Shown: positions 11,026 to 22,483 of the stretch, in pieces
Layout: every line of letters begins with the position of its first letter
Position numbering within the stretch: position 1 is the stretch's first letter
Source: Terriglobia bacterium
GTDB taxonomy: Bacteria; Acidobacteriota; Terriglobia; 20CM-2-55-15
Length of the DNA stretch: 64,000 nt
Direction: 5' to 3'
NCBI GenBank assembly: GCA_965218585.1
Contig: CBDCLE010000001.1
Location: 96,001 to 160,000 of the forward strand
Made by a program: the position numbers and the translations under genes
The notes under the pieces: model-generated
Told to the model about the DNA's origin: nothing
Seen by the model: only the letters and a program-made list of their open reading frames with translations
Databases searched by the model: none

Positions 11026-13347
11026 ATGAAAACATCATGCGCATCGTAGTCCTTGTTGTGGCATCAAGTAGCATTGTTCTAGCCCGCATATTTCACCGAT
11101 AGGACCAGAAAAGGCCGCCCTGTCTGGCATAAAGCGTTTTGAAATAAACGTTTAACAAGCCAAACGGAGACGGCCCTTATGAGAACAGAGTGTAACCAAA
11201 CGACGTTCGAATTTCACGGACTTCTTCAACGAAAAGTGAAGGCGCGTTTTGACGGCGGAAAGATCATCTCCGACGCTGGGGTTCTGCTGTTGAGGGAAGT
11301 GGAAAAGCGAACGGGTCTGATCGCCGGACTGGCCGAGTGTTTCAGGGATTACCGGGACGCGAGGTTGATCGAACACACGGTGAGCGAGTTATTGGGGCAG
11401 CGCGTCTACGGACTCTGTCTGGGCTACGAGGATCTGAACGATCATGACCAACTGCGGACCGATCCGATGCTGGCCGTGGCGGTGGATAAGGCCGATCCAC
11501 TGGGGGAGAAGCGGCGGCAGGCCCGAGACCGGGGAAAAGCGTTGGCGGGCAAGTGTACGCTGAACCGGTTGGAACTGACCGGGGAGCAAGTCGATGGGAA
11601 GGAGCGGTACAAGAAGATTGCCATGGACCCGGACAAGATCGACCGCTGGATGGTGGATGCATTTGTGGCGGCTCACGGATCGGCGCCCGAGGAGATTGTT
11701 CTGGACCTGGATGCGACCGATGATCCGATCCATGGCCATCAGGAAGGACGGTTCTTTCACGGCTACTATGGCAACTACTGTTATCTGCCGCTCTACATCT
11801 TTTCGGGAGAGCATCTGCTATGCGCCCGGTTGCGGTGCTCCAATGTCGACGGTGCGGACGGCGCCGTCGAGGAATTGAACCGCATCATCGGCCAGATCCG
11901 GCAGAGCTGGCCGGAGGTGTCGATTATCATCCGGGCCGACTCGGGCTTTTGCCGGGATGAATTGCTGAGTTGGTGCGAGGCCCACCAGGTCGATTACGTG
12001 GTGGGTCTGGCCAAGAACGATCGGCTCAAGCGCGAGATCGCTGAATCGATGAGTCAGGCCGAAGCCGAGTTTAACGACACCGGGAAACCGGCGCGGGTGT
12101 TTAACGATTTCCGGTATCGCACTCGGAAGAGCTGGACCTGCACCCGACGCGTCATCGGCAAGGCCGAGTTCCTGGAGAAAGGCGCCAATCCTCGATTCGT
12201 TGTGACCTCACTGTCGCCGGAACGCCTGGACGCCCGCGCCCTCTATGAAGACTTTTACTGTGCGCGGGGCGACATGGAAAATCGCATCAAGGAACAGCAG
12301 TTGGATCTATTCGCCGACCGGACCAGCGCGGCAACCATGCGCGCCAATCAACTCCGGCTCTATCTGTCCTCGGCCGCCTACATGCTCCTGCACGCGTTAC
12401 GCCGTCTGGGACTGAAGAATACCGATCTGGCCCGCGCTCAGTGCCAGACGATCCGCTTGAAGCTCCTCAAGATCGGAGCTCAAGTCCGTCTGACGGTTCG
12501 CAACATCTGGATCTCCATGTCGGAAGCCTATCCCTACGCCGAGGTCTTTGCCCTCGTCCATCGAAACCTGCAGGCGCTTCCTCTGCGCTGCTGAGAACCG
12601 ACCCGATCCCCTGCGCCAAAATCGACTCGCTCTTTTCGGCTCCGCCGAGGTTTGTCTCAGTGCGTTTCGTCACCCTCTTCTGAACCCGAAAACGCAGCAA
12701 CTCCCGCTTGTCGACACCGCCGAGTCACGCCACACATGCCCAATTCGAACCCAGATCCTCCCGAATCCGATTCTTACTGCCCAAATCCCCCTGATCGCCG
12801 GACTGGTGAAACATGCGGGCTAGGCGTTCACCCCACGATGGCCCAGGACTGGGGGCAAGACCGATCCATCGATCAGCTATCAGAAAGCGTATATCGCTGG
12901 GGTTCTCGCGGCGAGAATAGTGCGTTCATCGTGACGTCCGAGGGGATTATCGTCATCGACGGTAGTCCGTGCGCGTCGGGGGACACCGAATGGATCAAGG
13001 GCGAGCTCGACCAGCGATACGATGTTCCTGTCAAACTCGTCGTACTAAGCCATGACCATGCGAGTCACATCTGTGGGACGGAAATATTCAGTGACACAGC
13101 CATGACGATAAGCCACCGCCAAACTTCGGCCGCATATTCTCAGAGAGAGTCGCGCTTCAGCCGTGCCGAATATCACGTTTGAAGATTCCATGGACATTCA
13201 TCTGGGTGGGCTCAAGGTGGTCTTGATCTATAACGGCCCGACTCATAGCGATAACCTGATCCAGGTTCATATTCCGGAGGAGGGAGTCCTTATTGCGGTG
13301 GACCTGTCGCGTGCTGGAAGGAGTCTGGTATTTCCGGATTTTCGTGA
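11026..13347 (+). pseudogene. Secreted MBL-fold metallo-hydrolase, split by IS1380 and truncated by IS256
   Basis: Signal peptide MRIVVLVVASSSIVL (11037-11082) rejoins GVHPTMAQ (12824 onward) in frame once the IS is removed; SHDHASH and THSDN motifs; frameshift ~13120; ends at the IS256 boundary. Confidence 0.8.
11083..12819 (+). mobile_element. IS1380-family element, apparently intact (transposase 11179-12594)
   Basis: FDGGKIISDAG, LDLDATDD, RADSGF, YCARGDMENRIKE; 15-bp IRs CCCGCAT(A/G)TTTCACC; CTAG duplicated at 11079-11082 and 12820-12823. Confidence 0.95.
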
Positions 13348-14713
13348 GAGGTCATTACAAAAGGTGTGTAAAAGTCATCAGGCGGCGGCCTTCGATTTCA
13401 TCACGACTCTGATGCCGTCAGCGAATTGCTGGCCATCATAGACCTCTTGTAAGAGTTCGGATCCTTTTAAGTGTCGCCAAGCCTTCTCAGCGACACGTAG
13501 TAGCTTCCAGATCATTGCCGTTGCATTCTCGACACGCTTGAATCGGCGAGCGGCGTTGGTGCGGAGGCGAACCATGTCGAAGGGCGATTCGACGATGTTG
13601 GTCGTTCTAAGATGCACCCAGTGTTGTTTCGGGAACTCATAGAAAGTAATCATCCGGTCCCAGTCCCGCAAACAGCGTCTCACCCGCTTTGGGATAGTTC
13701 TTCTCATATCGGCGGACGAACTGATCCCGCTTTCGTTCGCAGGCCGCGCGGGAGTTCGCGAAGGCCATCCCATGAAGCAGCTGTCTGGCCGCGGGCTGCT
13801 CGGTCTTCGGCAGATGATCGACCACGTTGATCGACTTGTGGTTCCAGCAGCGTTGTTCCTGGCCCTGGGGCTGTTGCTCGGCCAGCGCGGACCAGATGCC
13901 CAGGTGACCGTCCGCGACAGTCAGTCGTCCCAGCTTCAGGCCCCGTCTCTGGAGATTGCGCAGAATGCGGCTCCAGGACTCCTTGCTTTCCCGCTGCCCG
14001 CTCTCACAGGCCAACAGCACTTTGCGCCCGTCTGACAAGGCTCCGATGATCACCAGCAATGCCGCTCGCTCTTTCGCGATCCCCGCTTTCACGTACAAGC
14101 CGTCTGCCCACTGGTACACGACCTCGAGGCCGGACAGGTCCTGCTGGACCCACTCGTCATACTCCAACTGCCAGGTCGATTTCAGTCGTTGGATCGATGC
14201 TCGCGACAACGGAGCGCCAGCGCCAAGCAGTCCGCGCATGGCCTGCTCGAAGTCCCCTGTGGCCAGACCGTGGAGGTAGAGATCGGGAAGTAGCTCGCCC
14301 AGCTGTTTCGATTTCCGTCGAAAATACGGCAGGATCTGACTCTCGAACCGCTCGGCGGTGTTTCGAACCCGAGGTCGTCGAACCTCCATCGTACCGTTCA
14401 TCATTGCGAAGCGTCGCGGCTTCCCGTGACCGTTCCGGTATCCTCGTCGATTCGGACTCCGCTCCGACTTTTCCCGACCCAGAAATTGAGTGACTTCGTC
14501 CTCGAGCAGCTCCTGTAGCCAGACTTGGACCCGGGATCGCGCCCAGTCCTCCAAACCTTCATACGCGTTCGTTGACGCCACTGATGCCGGTATGTTCTTC
14601 TTCTTCATGGGTGGTGTACCTTTCTCCCGGTTGCTGCCGGGATTGCTTAGGGTTTCGGATTCACCGAAAGCGTACACCGCCTTCTCTTTTTACACACCGA
14701 TTGGAACGACCTC
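13348..14713 (-). mobile_element. IS256-family element, copy 2 (+1 frameshift ~13670; no matching target duplication)
   Basis: Near-identical to copy 1 with the same IRs; flanks TTTCGTGA / TCCTTCTC do not match. Confidence 0.95.
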
Positions 14714-14767
14714 TCCTTCTCGGTAGTCCTATACTTGAGGTTGGTTGTAAAGGAGACGTAGACGCCA

Positions 14768-15289
14768 ATGTCGAGATTCACAGAACGCATGATTCGCGCT
14801 GCGAAGTTAGATGTGAACCTTTATGAAGAGGTGGAAGCCGATAAGACGGCCATGGGCCAGGCGATGGGCGTGGTGGTGTTGTCCTCTCTTGCCGCCGGCA
14901 TCGGCAGTATATCCATGGGTGGCAGAAATTTAATTCTCGTGACCATTGCCGCTTTAGTGGGATGGTATATCTGGGCGTATCTCACTTATTTTATCGGCAC
15001 CAAATTTCTGCCCGAAACGCAAACAAAGGCCGATCACGGAGAACTGTTAAGAACGATCGGATTTTCTAGCTCGCCGGGGCTGATACGGATTTTGGGAATC
15101 ATTCCAGGGTTCACCAACTTAGTCTTCTCGGTGGCCGGAATCTGGATGCTCATTGCGATGGTCATTGCGGTGCGTCAGGCATTGGACTATACAAGCACCC
15201 TGCGAGCGGTGGGTGTGTGCTTGATCGGCTGGATCATTCAGAGCATCTTTGTAGGGCTCTTATTGTTGTTTGCGCAGGGTGGCGCTTGA
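14768..15289 (+). CDS. YIP1-family membrane protein
   Basis: YEEVEAD..AMGQA, LLRTIGFSSSPG, AVRQALDY; about 5 TM segments. Confidence 0.8.
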   Translation: MSRFTERMIRAAKLDVNLYEEVEADKTAMGQAMGVVVLSSLAAGIGSISMGGRNLILVTIAALVGWYIWAYLTYFIGTKFLPETQTKADHGELLRTIGFSSSPGLIRILGIIPGFTNLVFSVAGIWMLIAMVIAVRQALDYTSTLRAVGVCLIGWIIQSIFVGLLLLFAQGGA

Positions 15290-15434
15290 AAAACCCGCTG
15301 ATACCTCCGTCTACGCTTCGAGCGCAACTTCACGATGCCGCCCGCAAGACTCAACGAGGCCAGAATGGATTCGCTACATTCTTTTCTGTACGGCTCTTTC
15401 ATCCCCTACAACGTGCTGGTTTATCCTGGCGCTT
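15290..15434 (-). ncRNA. Degenerate 5' fragment (domain I) of a group II intron
   Basis: Minus strand reads (AA)GCGCCAGGATAAAACCAGCACGTTGTAGGGGATGAAAGAGCCGTAC...GTAGCGAATCCATTCTG..., resembling from memory bacterial group II intron 5' ends (GTGCGCCGGGATAAACCGGCATGTTGTAGGGGATGAAAGAG); no RT ORF. Confidence 0.6.
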
Positions 15435-15467
15435 TCCCTGATAGATCATCTTCCCGGACGTTGAGAA
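15434..15467 (+). repeat. ATCATC-core dyad site, copy A
   Basis: TTCCCTGATAG-ATCATC-TTCCCGGACGT-TGAGAA; matches four copies at 43.9-46.4 kb. Confidence 0.85.
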
Positions 15468-15506
15468 ATCCACCAGGGGGTTAAGTGGCCCCCTCAGGAG
15501 GTCGAG

Positions 15507-15668
15507 GTGAAAGCGAAAAAAGAGACGACCCCCGATGTTCGCGTCTGGTGTCAACACTGTCGCGTTCGAATCTCACCCAATGAAGACCAGGTTGCTGCCG
15601 GTGACAAGGTCTACCATAGGCAGTGCTTTCCCAAGCGGCCCTCCGTCAAGAGAGCTAAGAAGAAGTAG
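15507..15668 (+). CDS. 53-aa basic zinc-finger protein (half-LIM-like CxxC-x18-HxxCF), below the ORF-track cutoff
   Basis: RBS AGGAGG, GTG start: VKAKKETTPDVRVWCQHCRVRISPNEDQVAAGDKVYHRQCFPKRPSVKRAKKK*. Confidence 0.65.
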   Translation: MKAKKETTPDVRVWCQHCRVRISPNEDQVAAGDKVYHRQCFPKRPSVKRAKKK

Positions 15669-15814
15669 CCGCTGTTTCTGAATGAGTGCCCACCGCAAGT
15701 GAGCCACCATCCATTAGCGAATCTGGAACGAAAGCGAGGTCAAGCCCTGAATTTCAGCGAACGAAAACCCTCCTCTCGCCTGCCGTACCCCGATTGGCCA
15801 CCAATGGGATGTAT

Positions 15815-16062
15815 CTACCATTGTTTCAATGGATTACTGTGACAATCGAAGCTCTCAGCGGTTCAGCCAACACGTAGTCCGTCTCGCTACCCTTCCTGCC
15901 CGTAACAGCATCCAGTAGCCAACACAGCGGCATGTCGGCTTCGTCCGTGCAGTGTTCACAGCCGAGGATCTGACTCTGTACTTGAAGGGCTGCGGTTCGG
16001 CTGACGGCAACGAGGGTTTTGATTGTTCTTGCGCCCAAACTTCCATAGCATTGGCGATGCAC
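15815..16062 (-). pseudogene. Small Cys-rich (CxxC...CxxC) putative zinc-binding protein, frameshifted
   Basis: ILGCEHC...LDAVTGRKGSETDYVLAEPLR; adding one base near 15852 gives a second CFDC motif. Confidence 0.4.
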
Positions 16063-16092
16063 TCACGAAATCAACAAAGCAACCTCTGAGAA

Positions 16093-18640
16093 CCTCGGCG
16101 GTCACCCAAAACCGGCCAATGGTGGTCACCTGAAAACCGGCCAACGATAGAGGCCCGGGACATTGACAGCAGGCGGAGTAATCTCCGTCGGCATGAGCAA
16201 TGTCTTGAGCACAGAAAAGAGAGAACAAGTTGTTGCATTGGGGCGGCTTGGATGGCCGCTGCGTCGGATTGAACAGACCACTGGCGTTCGCCGTGAGACG
16301 GCCAGTGGGTATCTGAGAGCGGCCGGAATCCCCGTACGGCCGCCCGGTAGCTGGGGCCGGCGACCGGCAAAACCGGCCAACGAGGTGACCACCGACCCGG
16401 ACGGCGTAAGTGGTGTCGTTGAAAGGGTTGGCGATTCCGATATTTCAAAACCGGCCAACGAAGTGACCACCGACTCGGAGGCCGAGAATCCGGTCCCGGC
16501 AGAGTCGTCGAGCCCACCGTCGAGCAGTTCCTGCGAGCCGTACCGGGAGACGATCGAACAGGCGCTGGAGCGTGGCCGCAACGCGATGGCGATCTGGCAG
16601 GACCTGGTTACGGATCATGGCTTTGCCAGCAGCTACGAAGCGGTCAAGCGGTTCGTTCGCAAACTCCGGGGCGTGCGGTCTCCCGTAGCGGTCGGCATCA
16701 TCCAAACCGACCCTGGAGAAGAAGCCCAGGTCGACTACGGAACCGGACCCATGGTTCGGGATCCGAAGACCGGCAAGTACCGGCGGACCCGGCTGTTCGT
16801 GATGACGCTGGGCTACAGCCGCAAATCCGTGCGGTTGCTGAGCTTCAAATCCAGTTCCCTTATCTGGGCCCAGCTGCACGAGACCGCGTTCCGGCGCCTG
16901 GGTGGCAGTCCCCGTCTCATGATCCTGGACAACCTGCGCGAGGGTGTGATCGACCCGGAGTATTACGACCCCACGCTGAATCCGCTGTTCCGGGATGTGC
17001 TGGCTCACTACGGCGTGGTGGCCCTGCCATGCCGGGTGCGCGACCCAGACCGCAAAGGGAAAGTGGAGTCCGGGGTGGGACACGCCCAGAAGACCCCACT
17101 GAAGGGACAGCGCTTCGAGAGCCTCGAGGAGGCTCAGGCGTATCTGGACCGGTGGGCCGACACCCGCATCCACGGCACGACCAAGCGGCAGGTGGGGGCC
17201 ATGTTCGCTGAAGAGAAGCCGTCGCTAAAGCGGCTGCCGATCGAACCCTTCCGCTACTACAAGTACGGGCAGCGTGTCGTCCATCTCGACGGTTGTGTGG
17301 AAGTCGAAGCGGCCTATTACGGTTTACCGCCCGGTTGGATCGGACGAACGGTCAAAGTGCAGTGGGACACTCTCCACGTCCGGATCCTCGACCCGAACAC
17401 CTATCAACTCCTGCGGGAGCATGTCCGTCAAAAACGCGGTGGATATCGTGTCCGCCCCGAAGACAATCCCAAAAAGACGCCCCTAACTACCGTGCAACTG
17501 CTCGCCCGCGCCCGCCGCGCCGGAACCCATATCGGCACGCTATGTGAGGGGATTCATCGCCGACAGGGGAAGGCTGCGGTCCGCCGCATCCTGGGTGTAC
17601 TCTCCCTGGCCAAGAGGTACGGTGTGTCCGCCGTCGAGGATGCTTCGGCTGTGGCACTGGAACTCCACGTCTACGAGTATCGTTTCCTCCGCCGCTATCT
17701 GGAGCGGCGACCTCCACTCGCACTCCGTCAGGTCGATCCTCTCATTCGTGAACTGACCCAGTATCGCGATCTCATCAACCTCAAGATCCAGGAGCAGGAA
17801 CAATCATGAATCTCATTGAACTCCAGCGGGCTCTCCGACAACTCCGTCTCGGCGGCATCGCCGAGGTCCTGGAAACACGACTCCACCAGGCCCAGACCGA
17901 ACCCATGGCGCCGATCGATCTGGTCTCCCGCCTAGTCTCCGACGAACTGGACCGTCGCAGCATCCGACTGCTGGAACGCCGGCGGAAGCAAGCCCGGTTC
18001 CGCGATCCCCACAAGACGCTGGACAGCTTCGACTTCACTTTCAACAAGAAGATGAATCGCAGTCTGGTCTTCGATCTGGCCACGGCCGCATTCATCTCCA
18101 GACACGAAGACGCCTTGTTTCTCGGTCCACCCGGCACCGGCAAGAGTCATCTGGCTCAGGCCATCGGTCTGGCCGCCATCGAGCAAGGCTATCGGGTCGT
18201 CTACCGTGAAACCCATGCCCTTCTCGACGACATCGCCGAAGCCACCATCGACGGGACCCGTAAGGAGTTTATGGAGGCTCTGGCCACGGTCCCGTTGCTG
18301 ATCATCGACGACCTGGGGATACGGAAGCTCCCCCCGACTGCAGCAGAGGAACTTCTCGAGATCGTTATGCGACGGTATGAACGAACCAGCACGTTACTGA
18401 CATCGAATCGGCCCGTCGAAGACTGGGGCAAACTACTCGGCGACAGCGCGGCTGTGACTGCGATGCTGGATCGGTTGCTCCATCACGGCCACATCCTCAA
18501 GTGCGGGCCTCGGAGTTGGCGCACCAAAACGGGCTTGCCGACTCCCCCACGAAAGGGGTAGAACTACACCGTCCCGGGCCATGCCCGTTGGCCGGTTTTG
18601 AAGTGACCATCGTTGGCCGGTTTTGAAGTGACCACTGAGG
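16093..18640 (+). mobile_element. IS21-family element with istA (16193-17809) and istB (17806-18561)
   Basis: IstA EAQVDYG, DNLREGV, KGKVESGV; IstB Walker A GPPGTGKS and Walker B LLIIDDLG; reiterated terminal repeats GGTCAC...AAAACCGGCCAA at both ends in inverted orientation. Confidence 0.95.
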
Positions 18641-18782
18641 CTTCAGCACGACGGGTGCGCTGGATTTCGAGAATGTCTCTTTGACTCTAAAGCCTGCGGA
18701 TGGTCCTCCCGCGACGCCAGCGTCCGACCACAGATCCTACGATGTCGGCGTCGGGAGCCTGCGGGATATCTGCCACGTTCAC

Positions 18783-18972
18783 GAGACGAGAGCAGTATTG
18801 TCGCATCGAGCCGGAACTGCCGCGTCAGCGGGGCAACGTCAGTCTTTCGAACCTGACGGTCTTGAACGCCATTTTGTATGTGGCTGAGCAGGGCTGCAAG
18901 TGGCGCGGTCTGCCCAAGCGCTTTGGCAACTGGCACACCATCTACACCCGGATGAACCGCTGGTCCAAGAAG
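18783..18972 (+). pseudogene. IS5-family transposase N-terminal fragment
   Basis: EQYCRIEPELPRQRGNV..LNAILYVAEQGCKWRGLPKRFGNWHTIYTRMNRW. Confidence 0.85.
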
Positions 18973-19372
18973 AGTGGGTCCCCTTTTTCACGAATCCGGT
19001 GTCGTCGACAATCCAGGCTTCAATCGGACCGTTGGCTTCCATCGCCCCCAGCGCGTACTGTCGAACTTCTGCCAACAGAGCCGCATCGTCCCAGGGCGCA
19101 TCCGCGACCAGATGATGTAGCGACTGGTGCATTCGGCGTACATTATCCGGAGCCAATCGTGCAGCCATCGGCTCCACACTCTTACGTTTGATCGGCAGCA
19201 ACAACCCGGTGCAGTACGACTTCAACGGTTCATGACGATCGGCGTGTCCTGCGGCCGACGCCAGGCGTTCCAAATAGGCCGCAAAACGTTTTTCCTGAGT
19301 GCCTGGCGCCTTCGATTTGGCGCTCATGACCGGATGCTAACATAAAATAGACCGTTTGTAACATAGTAGTAG
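18973..19372 (-). pseudogene. IS701-family transposase N-terminal fragment with probable element end
   Basis: GHADRHEPLKSYCTGLLLP..RKSVEPMAA, QSLHHLVADAPWD, IVDDTGFVKKGTHS. Confidence 0.85.
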
Positions 19373-19375
19373 TAG

Positions 19376-19458
19376 CCGGAGGGCCAATCATTCCGGTTCA
19401 CCTCATGAACGAGGTGGACAATGGCAGAGTCGTCTTCTTCTGCGGTGCGGGGATTTCA
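19376..19458 (+). pseudogene. N-terminal fragment of a SIR2-domain protein
   Basis: GGPIIPVHLMNEVDNGRVVFFCGAGIS, including the sirtuin GAGIS motif; similarity stops immediately after. Confidence 0.6.
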
Positions 19459-19832
19459 CGCTTCTTCGTCAGACGTAGAGGGTTCTGGCCCCGGGCCCCC
19501 ATTTCTGATATGAGAGAAAGGCATCCATCTGCCATCGTGACCAACGGCGCGTGCAGGCAGCTTCCGGGGCCTTCCTGCGGGAAATGGATCCGGACTGGAG
19601 CACCGCGTCCCGCCGTGCGGTCGAGGCGCTCCGGGATGCGGAGTAACTTCAGGGCGTCGCGACTCGGTCACCTCCGAACTGGTCAAAGAACTCAGCGTCG
19701 CCGTCCCGGGACTGAGCTGCGGACGGGTTGGAGATCCTTCGGATGCCGGTCCGGAGCGTAAAATGGTCTGCGCCCGCGTTCCGCGGCGAACCGCGGGCGC
19801 AGGTGCCGGTGGAAGTGCGATACTGTCATGCC

Positions 19833-19998
19833 ATGCGTATCGCAACCTGGAATGTCAACGGCCTGCGGGCGCGCATGGATTTCATCGCGCATTGGCTGAA
19901 GAGCCGCGCGCCCGACGTGGTGGGTCTCCAGGAAGTGAAGGTGAGCGACGAGGACTTCCCGCACGACGACTTCCGGGCCCTCGGCTATCACGCCGACT
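19833..19998 (+). pseudogene. xth: Exodeoxyribonuclease III N-terminal fragment
   Basis: MRIATWNVNGLRAR...PDVVGLQEVK..DEDFP. Confidence 0.85.
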
Positions 19999-20272
19999 GT
20001 CGAAGCGGTTCGGGCGCATAACAAGAAAGTATACGCGGCCCCTCGCTACAGAAGCTCAGCTTGCGTCGGTCACCAATTACTTTATTTCCTTGAACCGAGA
20101 GTGGTTCGATGACTGTCGTTACTAAGTATGCTGCTTGCCGTTTAACCAATGGTTATATGCACCGCTACGGCGCGGAGCGCCTTGAGCGTCCCGGCGCCCA
20201 CTCGTTGAAGGCTTCCCCGATGAAAGCTAACCCTCGTTTACGCCGCCAAAGATCCGTAGTTGGGACGTCGTT

Positions 20273-22483
20273 ATGAGTTTTCTTGATCGGTTGTTCGGAC
20301 GGAGACCGGCAGCACAGAGGCGGTCACCCGAAACGCCACCAACTGGCTCAACGCCTCTGCGAGATCCTAGAGGCTCAACCACCTTTGAGACAGCTAATCG
20401 GCGCCCATTCGACACTATCGCTGAGGCTGAAGAAGTGTGGCGGGCTGGCAACGCGTCGTTTGCCGAGAAACTATTCGAGCGTGGCATCGACGTGTACAGA
20501 CAGCGGGAGCCCGACGGTGTGGCCTTCGCGCTCGGGCGCTATGGCGCTTTCCTGATAGATCAAGGCCGCAAAGTCGCCGCTGCGCGCATCCTTGAAACTG
20601 GCGATTGAGCAGAATACCGATATCCCTGCGATCTGGTCTGACTATCTCAGCCTCGTCGCGGATCAGCGCGATATCGAGACGTTCAAGAGCATCGTTGAGC
20701 ACATGATTGCGTCGGTGAAGTACCAGGTTAAACCAGAATCTGTGCTGGCGTATGCACGGCGGACGGGCCGGGAGGGTGCGGTTGATTTCGCCGAAGCGGT
20801 CGCTCGCTGGGTCCTCGAGCGGACAAAGGGTGAAGGCGACAGGGAAGGACGTTGGGCAGCGATCGGAGACCTCGGACGGATTTTGGAACGCGACGATCGC
20901 CTGGATGAGGCCATGAGACTGTGGCGCGATGCGTTTGATGAGGGCAGCCGCGATCCAGAGTGATTTCGCTACTCTGAATTGGCCCACTTTGATCGTTTGA
21001 TTTGGCCCACCCCTGACAGCTGAACCGGGAAGGCTGTTCTGATCCAACAAGATCAGAACGGAGGGCCTGGTGTCGAGGAGATCGAAAGTGGACCTGTTCG
21101 AAGAGATTCGACGGGAGTACGAGTTTGGGGTGGGCACCATCCAGGGGGCGGCCCAGAAACTGGGCGTGCACCGGCGGATGGTGCGGCAGGCGTTGGCGGA
21201 CGCGAATCCGCCAGCGAGGAAACGACCGGAGCGGAAGAAGCCGCGGCTCGGGCCTGTGATGGAGTTCATCGACGCGATATTGGAGTCGGACCGGAAAGCC
21301 CCGCGAACGAATCGTCAACTCTCGTTGACATCGATTTCGCGACTGGTGCTGAGATTCGGCGCATCGAGAATCTGCCCCTCCTCGGAGACACGTTGTTCGA
21401 ACCGGGGGGGCAAGGCATCGGTATCCGCCGTACCGCCGCAGTGGGCCAAGGACCAACGCTACTCAAGTTTCTCGGCGCCGACGGGCGCATGGCCGCTGAA
21501 TCATCCGTACCCGACGCCACCTCGGAGATCGCTCTGGGACCCAACCTCTGGTACGTCGGTTGCCGAAACGGTTGTCTCTACGCGTTCGGATTCGACGGGA
21601 AGCAGCGCTGGGTGTGGGAAACCCCAGGTTCGAAGGACTTCGACAACAACGTCTACCTACGGCCATGCCCGTACTACGTGGCGTCGCGGCGCTCGTTTGC
21701 CGCCGTTGCGAGTATGGGAACATCTATGCTGTCTCATCCCGTGGAAAGACGCTGTGGCACGCCGCACTACCAAACGAAAGGCAAACGCGCTGGGAGTTCA
21801 CGATTCCGATCGAAGGCGGTGAAGGTAGAGAGCATGCTTACCGCGCGCTCGGTCTTCCGCCGGGTGCACCGCATAAGGACGTGAAGTCGGCCTACCGGCG
21901 TCTCGCGCTTGCGACTCACCCAGATCGCAACCCAGGAGACGAAGCCTCAGCGAAGTTCCGCCTGATCCAAGAGGCCTACGAACGCATCTTCGCGAGCCCC
22001 GCCACGACCGGAGCAACCTCAGCCGGAATGACCGTGAGCATGGAAATTCAGGGCTTTGGTCCTACGGCCAGCTTTCTTGTCGCTAACGCCGCAGGCGTCG
22101 TCGCTGGCTCGTCACAGGGGCGACTCTATGTCTTCGACGACAATGGTAGCTTGCGTGAGGCCCGCGTGCTCGGTGATGGGCCCGTGCGCGCGGCGCTTCG
22201 ATCCAACGGCACGGTTGGGGCTGCATGGTGTAACGATGCGTTGTTCTTCTTCAAAGAGAATAAGATCGTCAATGCGGCGGAGGCGATTGACTGGCCGCAT
22301 GCTCTCACGATGCTCGGTGACGACATCGTTCTGGCGCGGGGCAACGAGGTGCAAGCAATGGATACGTATGGTCGGTTGTTGTGGTCAGTGGAGTTCTCGA
22401 AGACCGTCACCGGAATTGCAGCGCACGGTGACACGCTTGTGTGCGCGGCCGGCGTGCTGACGGCGTTCCGACGTAAAGTGTAA
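20273..22483 (+). pseudogene. TPR + beta-propeller (PQQ-like/WD40) protein with an inserted DnaJ J-domain; interrupted by an IS21 fragment and frameshifted
   Basis: Helical TPR-like N-terminus (20273-20960); propeller motifs GCLYAF..DGKQRW, GKTLW, GRLLWS; J-domain AYRALGL..VKSAYRRLALATHPDRNPG..FRLIQEAYE. Confidence 0.65.
20960..21310 (+). mobile_element. Left end and truncated istA of a second IS21-family element
   Basis: Repeated TTGGCCCAC terminal motifs; [40 protein letters not shown], then an abrupt end. Confidence 0.8.

Noticed and set aside
12652-13182. ORFs 12652-13182, 18700-19191, 21070-21822, 24180-26078 and 28117-28629 as novel proteins
   Set aside because: They are chimeric reading frames running across IS/host-gene junctions.
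1034-14713. Composite transposon formed by IS256 copies 1 and 2
   Set aside because: Copy 1 has its own 8-bp target duplication, and the outer flanks of the pair do not match.
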